This document shows, one piece after another, positions 1 through 8,762 of a DNA stretch of 48,956 nt. Below the pieces are notes generated by a model, which worked only from the letters and a program-made list of their open reading frames with translations, was not told where the DNA came from and did not search any database. This DNA comes from an uncultured bacterium. Lineage in GTDB: Bacteria; CSSED10-310; CAZUFC01. A program made the position numbers and the translations under genes. The DNA lies in contig CAZUFC010000002.1 in assembly GCA_964619725.1 (NCBI GenBank), positions 1 through 48,956 on the forward strand, given 5' to 3'. Within the stretch, counting starts at the first letter, position 1. Every line of letters begins with the position of its first letter.

Positions 1-8
1 AAACCCAA

Positions 9-61
9 GTGGCTGTCCAGCATTAAATTTTGAATCGAGATTCGAGTTTGTGGACGGACAT
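9..61. repeat. Family A inverted-repeat element, short copy
   Basis: GTCCAGCATTAAATTTTGAATCGAGATTCGAGTTTGTGGAC aligns with the right end of the 2965-3173 element and, reverse-complemented, with 34611-34666. Lies about 4 bp past the stop of the 65..1234 gene. Confidence 0.6.
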
Positions 62-64
62 TAA

Positions 65-1234
65 TTAATATACCATAACGACGTTTTTGGAGTATCCGAC
101 CAGAACGATTTCCTCGCCCGGATGCTCCGGATAAAAATCGCCTGTTCGTATTTCGTGGATTCTGTCCGAATCTTCATATATTCGGGAGGTTTCCCATTTT
201 CCGTTCTTCTTGCCTATAACGTACAATTTCTTTGAGTATCCAGCGGCGATAATTTCATTACCGGGATACTGCTTATCGATATCCCCTATCCATACGCCCC
301 TGTTTTTCGCCGTGTCGTGAAGCAGGCGGGTCGAGTTCCAGACGTCCCCTTCCATTTTTTCGATCAGGATAACATTTCCGCCATCGTCTCCTATGACGAT
401 CCGCTTTTCTCCCGTCGTTTCGCCGGGATAACCGGAACAAACCCTGGCTATCGGCATCGGCGCTTTGTATATCAACTTCGACTCCCATTCGCCCTTCTGT
501 TTATAAACTTGCGTCACCATCCTGGATTGAGAAACCACAATCAGCTCATTCCCCGGATGCCCGGAATCAAAATCGTCAATAATCAATTTTTTAATTCTTC
601 CGGGGTCCGAATATATCACTTCGCTTTTCCATTCACCCTCATCCCTGTAAACAAGAACAGCATTGCGTGAAAAACCGCCGCAGACAATTTCCGCTCCTTC
701 CCTGTCGGGATCGAGGTCCCCCACGGTGACGCCGTGAATCAGATGAGAATCCGTAAAAATAGTTTCATGAGTCCATTTATCATCCTCCAGAGAGACCATT
801 TCCAGCGAACCCGCCCCTATATCGGTTTCCGGCCCTGCCTTCATGCCGCACACTACCGCTTCAACGCCCTCGTGAATCGGATCGAAATCGCCTATTTCCG
901 CAGCGATCATCTCCCCTTTTTCCGGACTCTCCCATAAGGTCTTTCCCCGCCATTGACCCGCTTCCTCATCGTATTCAACAAGGAAAAGCTTACCCGAAAA
1001 TCCGCATGCCAATACTTCCGTTGTTCCATCATTATCGGCATCTCCTACGGCCACTCCGTCAAGTTTTTCACTGTCGCTGAAAATTATATCGTGTTTCCAT
1101 CCGCTATCGCCTGTTTGTCCCCGTAATTCCGGTTTTTCCTCACATGCTTTTTCCTGATGCATCTCTTCAGCCCAGCACAGGCCAATGCTGATGAGTGAAA
1201 CCATCGCCGGGAGAAATAAAAATGCCCTTTTCAT
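65..1234 (-). CDS. Secreted FG-GAP/VCBS-like repeat protein (predicted 7-bladed beta-propeller)
   Basis: Signal peptide MKRAFLFLPAMVSLISIGLCWA. Seven repeats of type h-GD-x-D-x(3-4)-G-x-E-h-h: GDADNDGTTE, GDFDPIHEGVE, GDLDPDREGAE, DDFDSGHPGNE, one degenerate, GDIDKQYPGNE, GDFYPEHPGEE. AAGGAGG RBS upstream of the ATG. Confidence 0.8.
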   Translation of the reverse strand: MKRAFLFLPAMVSLISIGLCWAEEMHQEKACEEKPELRGQTGDSGWKHDIIFSDSEKLDGVAVGDADNDGTTEVLACGFSGKLFLVEYDEEAGQWRGKTLWESPEKGEMIAAEIGDFDPIHEGVEAVVCGMKAGPETDIGAGSLEMVSLEDDKWTHETIFTDSHLIHGVTVGDLDPDREGAEIVCGGFSRNAVLVYRDEGEWKSEVIYSDPGRIKKLIIDDFDSGHPGNELIVVSQSRMVTQVYKQKGEWESKLIYKAPMPIARVCSGYPGETTGEKRIVIGDDGGNVILIEKMEGDVWNSTRLLHDTAKNRGVWIGDIDKQYPGNEIIAAGYSKKLYVIGKKNGKWETSRIYEDSDRIHEIRTGDFYPEHPGEEIVLVGYSKNVVMVY

Positions 1235-1453
1235 GATGCTGCCTCCTTGTCGAATCCGTTAACATTATTGACGAGTCACCGCCTGCCGCGGCAGTCGACT
1301 TCATCTGCAAAACTCCGGGCACGCTAAGGCACGGAAAATTATGAACAAGAATTATAACAAAAAAAGAAGGGCTTTGCCGGCATTTCTTCAGCTTCCTGGA
1401 AAATTTTCATCCTTGTTTGATCTCTGACTATCCGCATATGCCTGACGATTTTT

Positions 1454-2752
1454 TCAACGCTGCAATTTATAACCGCTGATGTAAAGATCAAACGTATTAT
1501 CGTCATTGTTTTGACCGTCCCATTCCATATCCCTGGAATCGGTTAAATCAAAATCAAGCCACCCGTTTACATCAGCGCTTCCTAAAGATGAAGTTTCCAG
1601 GGCATGTTCAGGATTATCGAACAGCCTTACGCCGGCGCTTGCGACTGCGCCTGAAGTGCTGTCGTACCCATGAGCTTTAATTCTTACGGCGATGGAATTA
1701 ACCGGAGTATAATCAGATGCGTTGGGTATCGTTATCCAATCGCCAGTGGGGTAACCGTTATCGACAACCTTCTTTACGTGATTCAAATACAGATATTTCA
1801 AATCGTGATTTACTTTGAATTCGGCGACAGTTTCGGAATCAGCAGGACTCCACACCGCCCCGATGCACCTGTCTTCCTGATTGTACCAACCTTGTTTTGA
1901 ATCGCCCCAGACGGGTTCGCTTATACTGTCGATAATGACCGGCGTGGGATAAACTGATTCGCTGTCGTCAATATAAATGTAATGAAAATCCTCAGCAGTA
2001 TCCAGACTGCTGATTATGTGGTCTGTTTCACTGGTGATTTCAAAAAAATTCTTATTGCAGAAGCCATAACCAGTAACTACCGTCACCTCATCAGAATCCT
2101 TATATTTAGGAAAAGCGCCGAAAATATAATTTCTCAAAAAATTACCGTCGCCGGACGGACCTGTGGGGCCTGTTCCGCCGGTAGGCCCAGCAGGTCCCGC
2201 AGGTCCCATGGGTCCCGTATCGCCCTGGGCTCCATCAGGTCCCGTGGACCCTTCTGGCCCGGTATCTCCCTGAGGTCCAGTCGGACCGATCAACCCAGTT
2301 GCCGGTCCCACCCATTCGCCCGATGAATTGATAATCAGTCCGTATCCGGCAATCGTTACGCTGGCCGGATGAATGTCCGCGCTGTATACATCCTCGGCGT
2401 TGTAGGCCTGTCCCACACTCGTCAGTTCTTGCCGGGGAGTCAAAATTTCCTGATCAACCTGAACTTCGAGCCAGTAATCCGCTCTGAAATCAAGTTCTAT
2501 AGGCGTTACCGAACCCAATATCACATGGAATATACCGCCCTCGTCACTCTCCACACTCTGCGTCCCTGCCCAGAGTTCAATTCCGCCCGTTTCCTGATTA
2601 AAAATCCGGAAAATAAAATCATGCTCGCCGCTTATGGGAATTCCCTCGGAATCCGTCAACGACCCCTGATAATTGATCTGATGAGGCACGTCCGCATATG
2701 TGATGCCGGAAATAAGGAACAGCGCAAAAACGATCATGAAAATTCTCTTCAT
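1454..2752 (-). CDS. Secreted collagen-like fibre/adhesin protein
   Basis: Start moved from 2881 to ATG 2752 (AGGAGGAGG RBS, then signal peptide [20 protein letters not shown]). N-domain INYQGSLTD...[21 protein letters not shown], 17 uninterrupted Gly-X-Y triplets (2144-2296), and a beta-rich C-terminal domain. Confidence 0.8.
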   Translation of the reverse strand: MKRIFMIVFALFLISGITYADVPHQINYQGSLTDSEGIPISGEHDFIFRIFNQETGGIELWAGTQSVESDEGGIFHVILGSVTPIELDFRADYWLEVQVDQEILTPRQELTSVGQAYNAEDVYSADIHPASVTIAGYGLIINSSGEWVGPATGLIGPTGPQGDTGPEGSTGPDGAQGDTGPMGPAGPAGPTGGTGPTGPSGDGNFLRNYIFGAFPKYKDSDEVTVVTGYGFCNKNFFEITSETDHIISSLDTAEDFHYIYIDDSESVYPTPVIIDSISEPVWGDSKQGWYNQEDRCIGAVWSPADSETVAEFKVNHDLKYLYLNHVKKVVDNGYPTGDWITIPNASDYTPVNSIAVRIKAHGYDSTSGAVASAGVRLFDNPEHALETSSLGSADVNGWLDFDLTDSRDMEWDGQNNDDNTFDLYISGYKLQR

Positions 2753-2964
2753 TTTCCTCCTCCTTTCGAATCTGAAGTTATTGTCCTGTCTTCTCTCCGC
2801 TTGATAATGCAAAGAGAAATCTAAAAAAATCTTAAATCGTCTTCGACCGTTTTCAACGTTTTGCACTTTTTCTGTTAACAATATAATACAATATTTAAAA
2901 AATTCAAAACGTGAAAAATCTCAGCAGCGGCTTATTTAAATTAAAGGCTATTGGGAAGGAAATC

Positions 2965-3173
2965 CAAGGGCTTTTTGTCCATAAACGGTGAATTTTCCGT
3001 TTCTCTGCGTTATTCTTCGGGTTTGTTTTTGCGGCGTATGCCCGATACACCTTCGCACAACCCCTTGAATTTCTTGATAAACAAAAAAATCGCTCATGTC
3101 TGAATCAAAAACTCGCCGCGCTTGACCGGCATCAAAATTTGAATAGCGAATCGAGTTTATGGACAAGCGCTTG
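2965..3173. mobile_element. Family A MITE-like non-autonomous element, long copy
   Basis: Perfect 12-bp inverted repeat TTGTCCATAAAC (2975-2986) / GTTTATGGACAA (3155-3166), extendable imperfectly outwards. Internal hairpin GGGTTTGT..TGCGGCGTAT-GCCCG-ATACACCTTCGCACAACCC. No transposase. Confidence 0.6.
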
Positions 3174-3211
3174 TTAGTCACAGCCCAAACATCACGTTTC
3201 TTGGGTCCATT

Positions 3212-3271
3212 GTAACTGATGTGATATTTTGAATGTTTGTAACCTCAAAAGACGCATTTTTAATCAATGCC
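3212..3271 (+). repeat. Family B element, right-end fragment
   Basis: Ends GACGCATTTTTAATCAATGCC, matching the ends at 7518, 23321 and 32033. Confidence 0.6.
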
Positions 3272-3391
3272 GCTTTTTAAATAAGATCAAGAGGATTGAA
3301 AAGGGCTTAATTGATGGAAACGGTCTACATATCCGCTTTTAGGGCCGCTTGTCTGGCGTTATTGGAGTAGGTTGCATGTGCAGGCATACTG

Positions 3392-3418
3392 ATTAATTCT
3401 CGCACAGCGAGAATTAAT
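3392..3418. promoter_or_regulatory. Perfect palindrome (candidate operator) upstream of the TRAP operon
   Basis: ATTAATTCTCGC-ACA-GCGAGAATTAAT with 12-bp arms, abutting a possible TTGAAT-N18-TAAATT promoter (3419-3448). Confidence 0.45.
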
Positions 3419-3479
3419 TTGAATTCAATATCAAACTCGCGGTAAATTATGCCTCAGTTCATCAGGAGGATGTTTAAAC

Positions 3480-4370
3480 ATGCTGCAGCATCGCAAGAAA
3501 AAGTTCATTTTTATGACGCTGTTGTTCTGTTCGGTTATGACGATAAGCTCCGGTTGTCTTAAAACCGCCAGAATTACCATCAACGCTTCTTCCCCTTTGA
3601 TCCTGGAAATTTCGACGATCCTGGAAGGTTACGACGACCTGGAAATGGCGGAAAAAGGCCTGCCTGGACAGATTCTTCTGCTTGAAGGCCTCATCGGTCA
3701 ATATCCTGATAATCCTGAATTCCGTTTAGCGGCTGCCCGCGCTTATTATGCTTATGCAGACACTTTCATTCTGGAAAGTGATCCGCAACGGGCCGGCGAA
3801 CTTTTTCTTAAAGCCAGAACGCACGGGATGGAAAGCCTCCTGGAAAATAAAAAATTCCGTAAACATCCCAGGAATTCACTTCCTGACCTGACGGAAGCAT
3901 TGAAATTTCTTGACCGCAAATACATCGACAGCCTGTTCTGGACAGCCGCTGCCTGGGCATCCTGGATCGACATCAACAGAAAAGAACCAGACGCAGTCTA
4001 TGAAATCGCCTTCGCAAACGCTATGATGGATCGTGTCCTCCTTATCGACGAATCCTATTATCACGGCGCGGCTCTCTCCTATTTCGCCGCTTATTACGCC
4101 GGCATCCCCGCTGCAGCAGGCGGCGGAATTGAAAAAGCAAAACGGTATTTCGACCGCGCCTTTAACATCAATCAACGAAAATTCCTCATGACACAGTATC
4201 TCATGGCTGCTGAATACGCCGTCCCGCTTAAGGATGAAAATTTATTCGACCGACTCGCCGCAGAAATCCTGAATACCCCGGCAGAGGCGCTGCCCGATGC
4301 CGTTTTCGTAAACCTTTCCGCTAAAAGAAAAATTCGACGGCTTATTGAACTGAAAAATTCGCTTTTCTGA
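3480..4370 (+). CDS. tatT: TRAP transporter TatT-family component (TPAT system), probable lipoprotein
   Basis: Lipobox-like ISSGC. Motifs DLEMAEKGLPGQILLLEGL, LFWTAAAWASWI, DESYYHG, GGGIEKAKRYFDRA. Helical, and first gene before dctPQM. AGGAGG RBS. Confidence 0.8.
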   Translation: MLQHRKKKFIFMTLLFCSVMTISSGCLKTARITINASSPLILEISTILEGYDDLEMAEKGLPGQILLLEGLIGQYPDNPEFRLAAARAYYAYADTFILESDPQRAGELFLKARTHGMESLLENKKFRKHPRNSLPDLTEALKFLDRKYIDSLFWTAAAWASWIDINRKEPDAVYEIAFANAMMDRVLLIDESYYHGAALSYFAAYYAGIPAAAGGGIEKAKRYFDRAFNINQRKFLMTQYLMAAEYAVPLKDENLFDRLAAEILNTPAEALPDAVFVNLSAKRKIRRLIELKNSLF

Positions 4371-4386
4371 AACAAAGGAGTATCCC

Positions 4387-5430
4387 TTGAAAACCATTAA
4401 ACCCTTTATCCGTCTCTATTGCTTCTTTTTTTTAACCTGTTCACTGATTTCGATTTTTCCCGCAATTGCTCTATGTGATAAACCGAAAATTGAAATCAAA
4501 ATGGCCGCTCTCGCACCGGAAGGAACTTCCTGGGCCGATGCCGCTCACGCCTATTCACGCGAAATTGAAAAACGCACCGACGGCAGAATTAATGTCGTCT
4601 GGTACCTCGGCGGCGTTATGGGCGACGAATCCGATATGATCAGAAAAATCCGCTTCGGACAGCTCCACGGAGGCGCTTTTACTCTCTCCGGACTCGGGCT
4701 TATCGATCCCGCCATCAGAATACTCGAGGTGCCTGGCCTCTTCCGTAATTACGATGAAGTCGACTACGTTCTGGAAGAAATGAAAGAGGACCTGGGCAAA
4801 ATATTTTTAAAGAAGAACTTCAACTATTTCGGGCGGGGCGAAGTAGGATTCATACATATATATTCCCAGAAGAAGATCAGCGGTTACAAGGATATCAGGG
4901 ACCTCAAAATATGGTTGTGGACGGGCGATCCTGTCATCAGCGAATTTTTCAAAGTCATGGATGCGGGTTCGGGGGTGCCGCTGAGCATGCCGGAAGTTTT
5001 TCCGTCGTTGCAGACGGGACTGATCGACTCGTTCATAGGGACGCATTACACGACAGTATCTCTGCAATGGGGCGGTTACGCCAAATATGTACTGAAGCAT
5101 AATGCGGCCTATACACCGTCGTTTGCATTGCTTTATGAACCTTTTCTGAAGAAGCTTTCAGCCGGGGACAGAAAAATTATCCTGGATACGGCGTACGACG
5201 TATTTCCCGACATGATTCCCAGGGTAAGGGAAGACAATCGAAAAGCTTTTGAAACATTAAAAAAGCACGGCGTGGAGGCGGTTGAGCAGACTGAAGAAGA
5301 CCGGATATTTGCCGAGAAGGCATTTCAGAAGATACATGATAATCTGAAGGGGAAACTTTTTTCGGAAGCGCTTTATGACCGGATTCAATCGAAGCTGAGC
5401 GAATATAGAAGTAAGAAGGGGAATCAATGA
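4387..5430 (+). CDS. dctP: TRAP substrate-binding protein DctP (TatP type)
   Basis: KMAALAPEGTSW, GGVMGDESDMIRKIRFGQLHG, PLSMPEVFPSLQTGLID, plus a signal peptide. TTG start with AAAGGAG RBS. Confidence 0.9.
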   Translation: MKTIKPFIRLYCFFFLTCSLISIFPAIALCDKPKIEIKMAALAPEGTSWADAAHAYSREIEKRTDGRINVVWYLGGVMGDESDMIRKIRFGQLHGGAFTLSGLGLIDPAIRILEVPGLFRNYDEVDYVLEEMKEDLGKIFLKKNFNYFGRGEVGFIHIYSQKKISGYKDIRDLKIWLWTGDPVISEFFKVMDAGSGVPLSMPEVFPSLQTGLIDSFIGTHYTTVSLQWGGYAKYVLKHNAAYTPSFALLYEPFLKKLSAGDRKIILDTAYDVFPDMIPRVREDNRKAFETLKKHGVEAVEQTEEDRIFAEKAFQKIHDNLKGKLFSEALYDRIQSKLSEYRSKKGNQ

Positions 5431-5936
5431 AAGCGGCTTTGAAAATAGACCGAGGACTGGCATTGATGGAAAAATCGTTTGCGGTTCTGCTTTTTATGAT
5501 CATACTGGCGACGGTTTCCGCCCGCATTTTCCTTCGTAACGTTCTGAATATGGGCATACCGTGGTTGGATGAGGTCTTCCGTATGTCGACGTTATGGATT
5601 ATCTTTTTTGCAGCTTCGCTTGTCATACGCGACGGCAGGCACATCAAAATAGAGGCGCTTCTGCATTTCATATCGGATTCTAAAAAAATTTGGCTGCAGA
5701 GAATCAAAGACATTATCGGCTTTTCGGTTTGCCTTATGCTGTCTAAAGCGTCCTTCGTTTTTTTCGCGATGGAGCGTCAATTCAGCGCGCCGTCATCCAT
5801 TCCCGGACTTCCCGGCTGGTTTTATGCCCTCATATTTCCCATAGGATTTTCCATATTCGCGTTAAGATTCTTCATTCATTTTGTTTTATCTTTCAACGGC
5901 GAAAAACGAGAGCAGCGAGAAAAGTTAACGATATAA
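5427..5936 (+). CDS. dctQ: TRAP transporter small permease DctQ
   Basis: Four TM segments, PWLDEVFRMSTLW and GRHIKIE motifs. ATGA overlap with dctP. Confidence 0.9.
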   Translation: MKAALKIDRGLALMEKSFAVLLFMIILATVSARIFLRNVLNMGIPWLDEVFRMSTLWIIFFAASLVIRDGRHIKIEALLHFISDSKKIWLQRIKDIIGFSVCLMLSKASFVFFAMERQFSAPSSIPGLPGWFYALIFPIGFSIFALRFFIHFVLSFNGEKREQREKLTI

Positions 5937-6096
5937 TTTTTTCTTTGATTTGATGCCGCAGGTTGAAATTTAGTGATTTTAATTCAAAGTTGAGAGGGTC
6001 TGTTTTGAGAATAACGGCAAAAGATGCATTCTTATTTATTCAGCCTGAAAGGCTGATTGAGATGAGCGGCGGGATGAACGCCGGCAGGGAGCGGCC

Positions 6097-7362
6097 ATGA
6101 CGGCAATAGTATATTTTATTGCAGTCATTATCGTACTTATCTCAGGGGTCCCGCTTTTCATCGTGCTGTCAGGCTTGTCGCTGGCGTTGTTCAAATATGC
6201 AGCCCAACTGGATACCGCTCTGATCATATCGGAACTGGCCAAATTATCATCTTCTCCTGTTTTGCCGGCGATACCTCTTTTCACCTTCGCGGGTTATATC
6301 TTGTCTGAAAGCAGAAGTCCCGAAAAACTGGTCAGACTAATCCGGAGTCTGTTCGGCGGAGGACCGGGAGCATTAGCCGTCGTGGTCTTACTGACGTGTT
6401 CGGCCTTTACGGCATTGACCGGCGCTTCTGGAGTGACGATCATAGCGCTTGGAGGACTTCTTTATCCTGCGCTTCGCAAGCAGAAGTATTCGGAAAAATT
6501 TTCACTGGGATTATTGACCACATCGGGAAGCCTGGGCCTGCTTTTTCCGCCCAGCCTGCCGCTGATTATCTACGGCGTTGTCGCCAAAGTGGACATCAAT
6601 ACACTCTTCAAAGCCGGATTGATTCCCGGAGCGCTTCTCGTGTTTACCCTTTCAGGCTTCAGTCTAATCAAAAACCGCGGGGTGAAAATTTCAAACAACG
6701 ACCAACCGGAAAAAACTTCTCTTTTGAAAGCGATTAAAGAAGCTAAATGGGACATTCCTCTTCCCTTTCTGATTCTCGCCGGCATTTACGGCGGCTTTCT
6801 CACCCTGGTTGAAGTAGCGGGAATGACTGTTCTTTACGTGCTGATAACCAAAACGATCATTACCAGGGAAACCCCCTTTTCCAAACTCATTCCCGTTTGT
6901 ATCGAAAGCATGAAAATGGTCGGCGTCGTTCTCGTCATTCTGGCCTGCGCCACAGGACTCACCAACTTCATGGTCGATCAGCAGGTCCCCATGAAATTGC
7001 TCAAGTTCATTCAAGCCACTATTCACAGTCGCTACCTGTATCTGTTCATCCTCAATATCTTCCTTCTGGCTGTCGGCTGCTTCATGGACATATTCTCCGC
7101 GCTTATCGTGATTGTTCCCCTGATACTCCCCGTTGCCGAAGGCTTCGGTATCCACCCTGTCCACCTTGGCATCATATTCCTCACCAACCTCGAAATCGGC
7201 TACAGCACCCCGCCAGTCGGCATAAACCTCTTCATCTCAAGCTTCCGCTTCAATAAACCGCTCACTTTTCTCTATCGATCCTCACTCCCCTTCCTCATCA
7301 TCATGCTCATAGACCTCCTCCTCATTACCTATATCCCGGCCCTGAGCATGCTCCTCGTATAA
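6097..7362 (+). CDS. dctM: TRAP transporter large permease DctM
   Basis: AIPLFTFAGYIL, FTALTGASGVTIIALGG, SGSLGLLFPPSLP, GIHPVHLGII, EIGYSTPPVGINLF. Confidence 0.95.
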   Translation: MTAIVYFIAVIIVLISGVPLFIVLSGLSLALFKYAAQLDTALIISELAKLSSSPVLPAIPLFTFAGYILSESRSPEKLVRLIRSLFGGGPGALAVVVLLTCSAFTALTGASGVTIIALGGLLYPALRKQKYSEKFSLGLLTTSGSLGLLFPPSLPLIIYGVVAKVDINTLFKAGLIPGALLVFTLSGFSLIKNRGVKISNNDQPEKTSLLKAIKEAKWDIPLPFLILAGIYGGFLTLVEVAGMTVLYVLITKTIITRETPFSKLIPVCIESMKMVGVVLVILACATGLTNFMVDQQVPMKLLKFIQATIHSRYLYLFILNIFLLAVGCFMDIFSALIVIVPLILPVAEGFGIHPVHLGIIFLTNLEIGYSTPPVGINLFISSFRFNKPLTFLYRSSLPFLIIMLIDLLLITYIPALSMLLV

Positions 7363-7369
7363 GAATGCG

Positions 7370-7518
7370 GGGACTGATCATATCGGGTTTACACTTCTTT
7401 CAATACTTTCGACAGTTTGTTTCTGTAATCGGGGTCGGTATCCAAATCGAAATCCAAACAAAATGATGGGATATTCGGAAAAATTGTATCCTCAATAGAC
7501 GCATTTCTGATCAATGCC
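7370..7518 (+). mobile_element. Family B MITE-like element
   Basis: GGGACTGATCA...TGATCAATGCC ends with an internal ATCGGGGTCGGTATC hexamer tract. Colinear with 22523-22664 (reverse) and 23166-23321. Confidence 0.7.
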
Positions 7519-7549
7519 AAAAAATAATTACAAGCAGAAGCGTTTTAAC

Positions 7550-7627
7550 TTATCAGGCTCTCAAAGCTTCTCAATAACTCAAGGTTGCGAAAATTAAAAC
7601 CTCGAAACACGGATTTTTGATCATCGC
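7550..7627 (+). repeat. Family B element, right-end fragment (long-variant type)
   Basis: TCAAGGTTGCGAAAATT...ACGGATTTTTGATCA matches TCAAGGCTGCGAAAATT...ACGGATATTTGATCA at about 31985-32028. Confidence 0.55.
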
Positions 7628-7635
7628 TGGAAAAT

Positions 7636-7830
7636 TCAAAACTCAAACGGTCGATCAAATCCTGCTTCCTTCTTCGTTATAATTTTTTTGTCCGGAAAAA
7701 TCTCCTCAATTCGCTCAAGTATCTCGAGATATTCATCCAGGCTTAGCGGTTTCATACGCTCCTGCCGAATTTTCTCAATCGTCTCAACATCATCCCGCGT
7801 TATGGGAAGATGCTTTTCCAGGTCTATCAT
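7636..7830 (-). CDS. Small charged protein coupled to the nucleotidyltransferase (putative antitoxin/partner)
   Basis: 64 aa, ATGA overlap with the upstream NTase, GGGGATGAGGA RBS-like sequence, ends RPFEF. Confidence 0.6.
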   Translation of the reverse strand: MIDLEKHLPITRDDVETIEKIRQERMKPLSLDEYLEILERIEEIFPDKKIITKKEAGFDRPFEF

Positions 7831-8360
7831 TCCTCATCCCCCATTAATTCTTTCTTTTTTTCAGGAGTCGAATATTTTTGAAAATATTCCTGGACTTCCT
7901 CAAGATTCAGCCTGCTCAATTTCAGAAGATTCCTGATGTCTTCCCATTCCTTATGGCGACGGTCAGGATTGCATTTCACTGCGTAGAGTTTTAATGCGAT
8001 CAAATGTTCAGGCTTGACGACTTTGATCTTTTTATCTTCAAAAACAGTCTTTTTTCGGGCTTCTTTCAAAATTCTTTCTGCAGTCCTGTCCGAAACATAT
8101 AAAAAATCTATTCTCCCCATTCCGGGCAATGGATGCTCATGAGAAGAAAAAGCCGTGCTGCTTGAAAGCGTTTCATAACCGAGCGATTCCAGAAATTTTA
8201 CAATGGTTTGTTTGTATTCGTAGTGAGTCAGAATATCCAGGTCTATTGTCGTTCGTATTATCCCGTAAGCGCTGAGAGCGACTCCGCCTATCAGGGCATG
8301 GTCCATACTTTTTTTGTTGAAAAAATCCATCAGCATATTCAGAACATTTTTAAAATTCAT
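7827..8360 (-). CDS. Minimal Pol-beta-like nucleotidyltransferase (AbiEii/DUF6036-like putative toxin)
   Basis: ALIGGVALSAYGIIRTTIDLDIL (GG...R-T-x-D-x-D), RIDFL, EHLIALKLYA...R..K.WEDI. Confidence 0.8.
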   Translation of the reverse strand: MNFKNVLNMLMDFFNKKSMDHALIGGVALSAYGIIRTTIDLDILTHYEYKQTIVKFLESLGYETLSSSTAFSSHEHPLPGMGRIDFLYVSDRTAERILKEARKKTVFEDKKIKVVKPEHLIALKLYAVKCNPDRRHKEWEDIRNLLKLSRLNLEEVQEYFQKYSTPEKKKELMGDEE

Positions 8361-8549
8361 GGCTGTCGTAACTTCAGCCCTTCTTTTGTTCCCTTAACAG
8401 TTAAATTCTTCGAGCTCCCCCCGAATGGAACCGATTGATTTTCCCAGAGCGAGGAATTAAAAGGAACCAGCGACGTCTCCAAGTATATCATCACTCGCCC
8501 CTCATATAAACAATCACCAGGGACTTTGACTTCATTTTGATTCAATGAT

Positions 8550-8579
8550 TTGACATTTCAAATTTTTTCAATATAAAAT
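8550..8579 (+). promoter_or_regulatory. Sigma70-type promoter for the giant surface-protein operon
   Basis: TTGACA (8550-8555) - N18 - TAAAAT (8574-8579) in AT-rich intergenic DNA, about 185 bp before the ATG at 8763. Confidence 0.5.
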
Positions 8580-8762
8580 AAATAGATAAGAATTGAATGG
8601 AAAAAGCAGATTGCAGTTTGGTGCGGACGATTGAAAACATTAGTCATTTTTTCTTAAGAATAATTTTCTGCTTTTGATTGAGGAATTCGCAAAGCGAGGG
8701 GAGCGCAAAAAAATTTATGTGATCGGCCTCTTAGTTTTTTAAGGAGGCAGGGAGGAGAAATC

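Noticed and set aside
1454-2752. Prophage, suggested by the tail-fibre-like gene
   Set aside because: The protein has a Sec signal peptide, and no integrase, terminase, capsid or other phage genes are nearby.
2948-3181. 77-aa minus-strand ORF
   Set aside because: Coincides with the family A inverted-repeat element; likely a spurious ORF.
8680-8730. TCGCAAAGCGAGGGGAGCGCAAA resembling part of a c-di-GMP-I riboswitch
   Set aside because: Only a small hairpin matches; I cannot find the second stem or the conserved flanks. An Infernal search with RF01051 would settle it.
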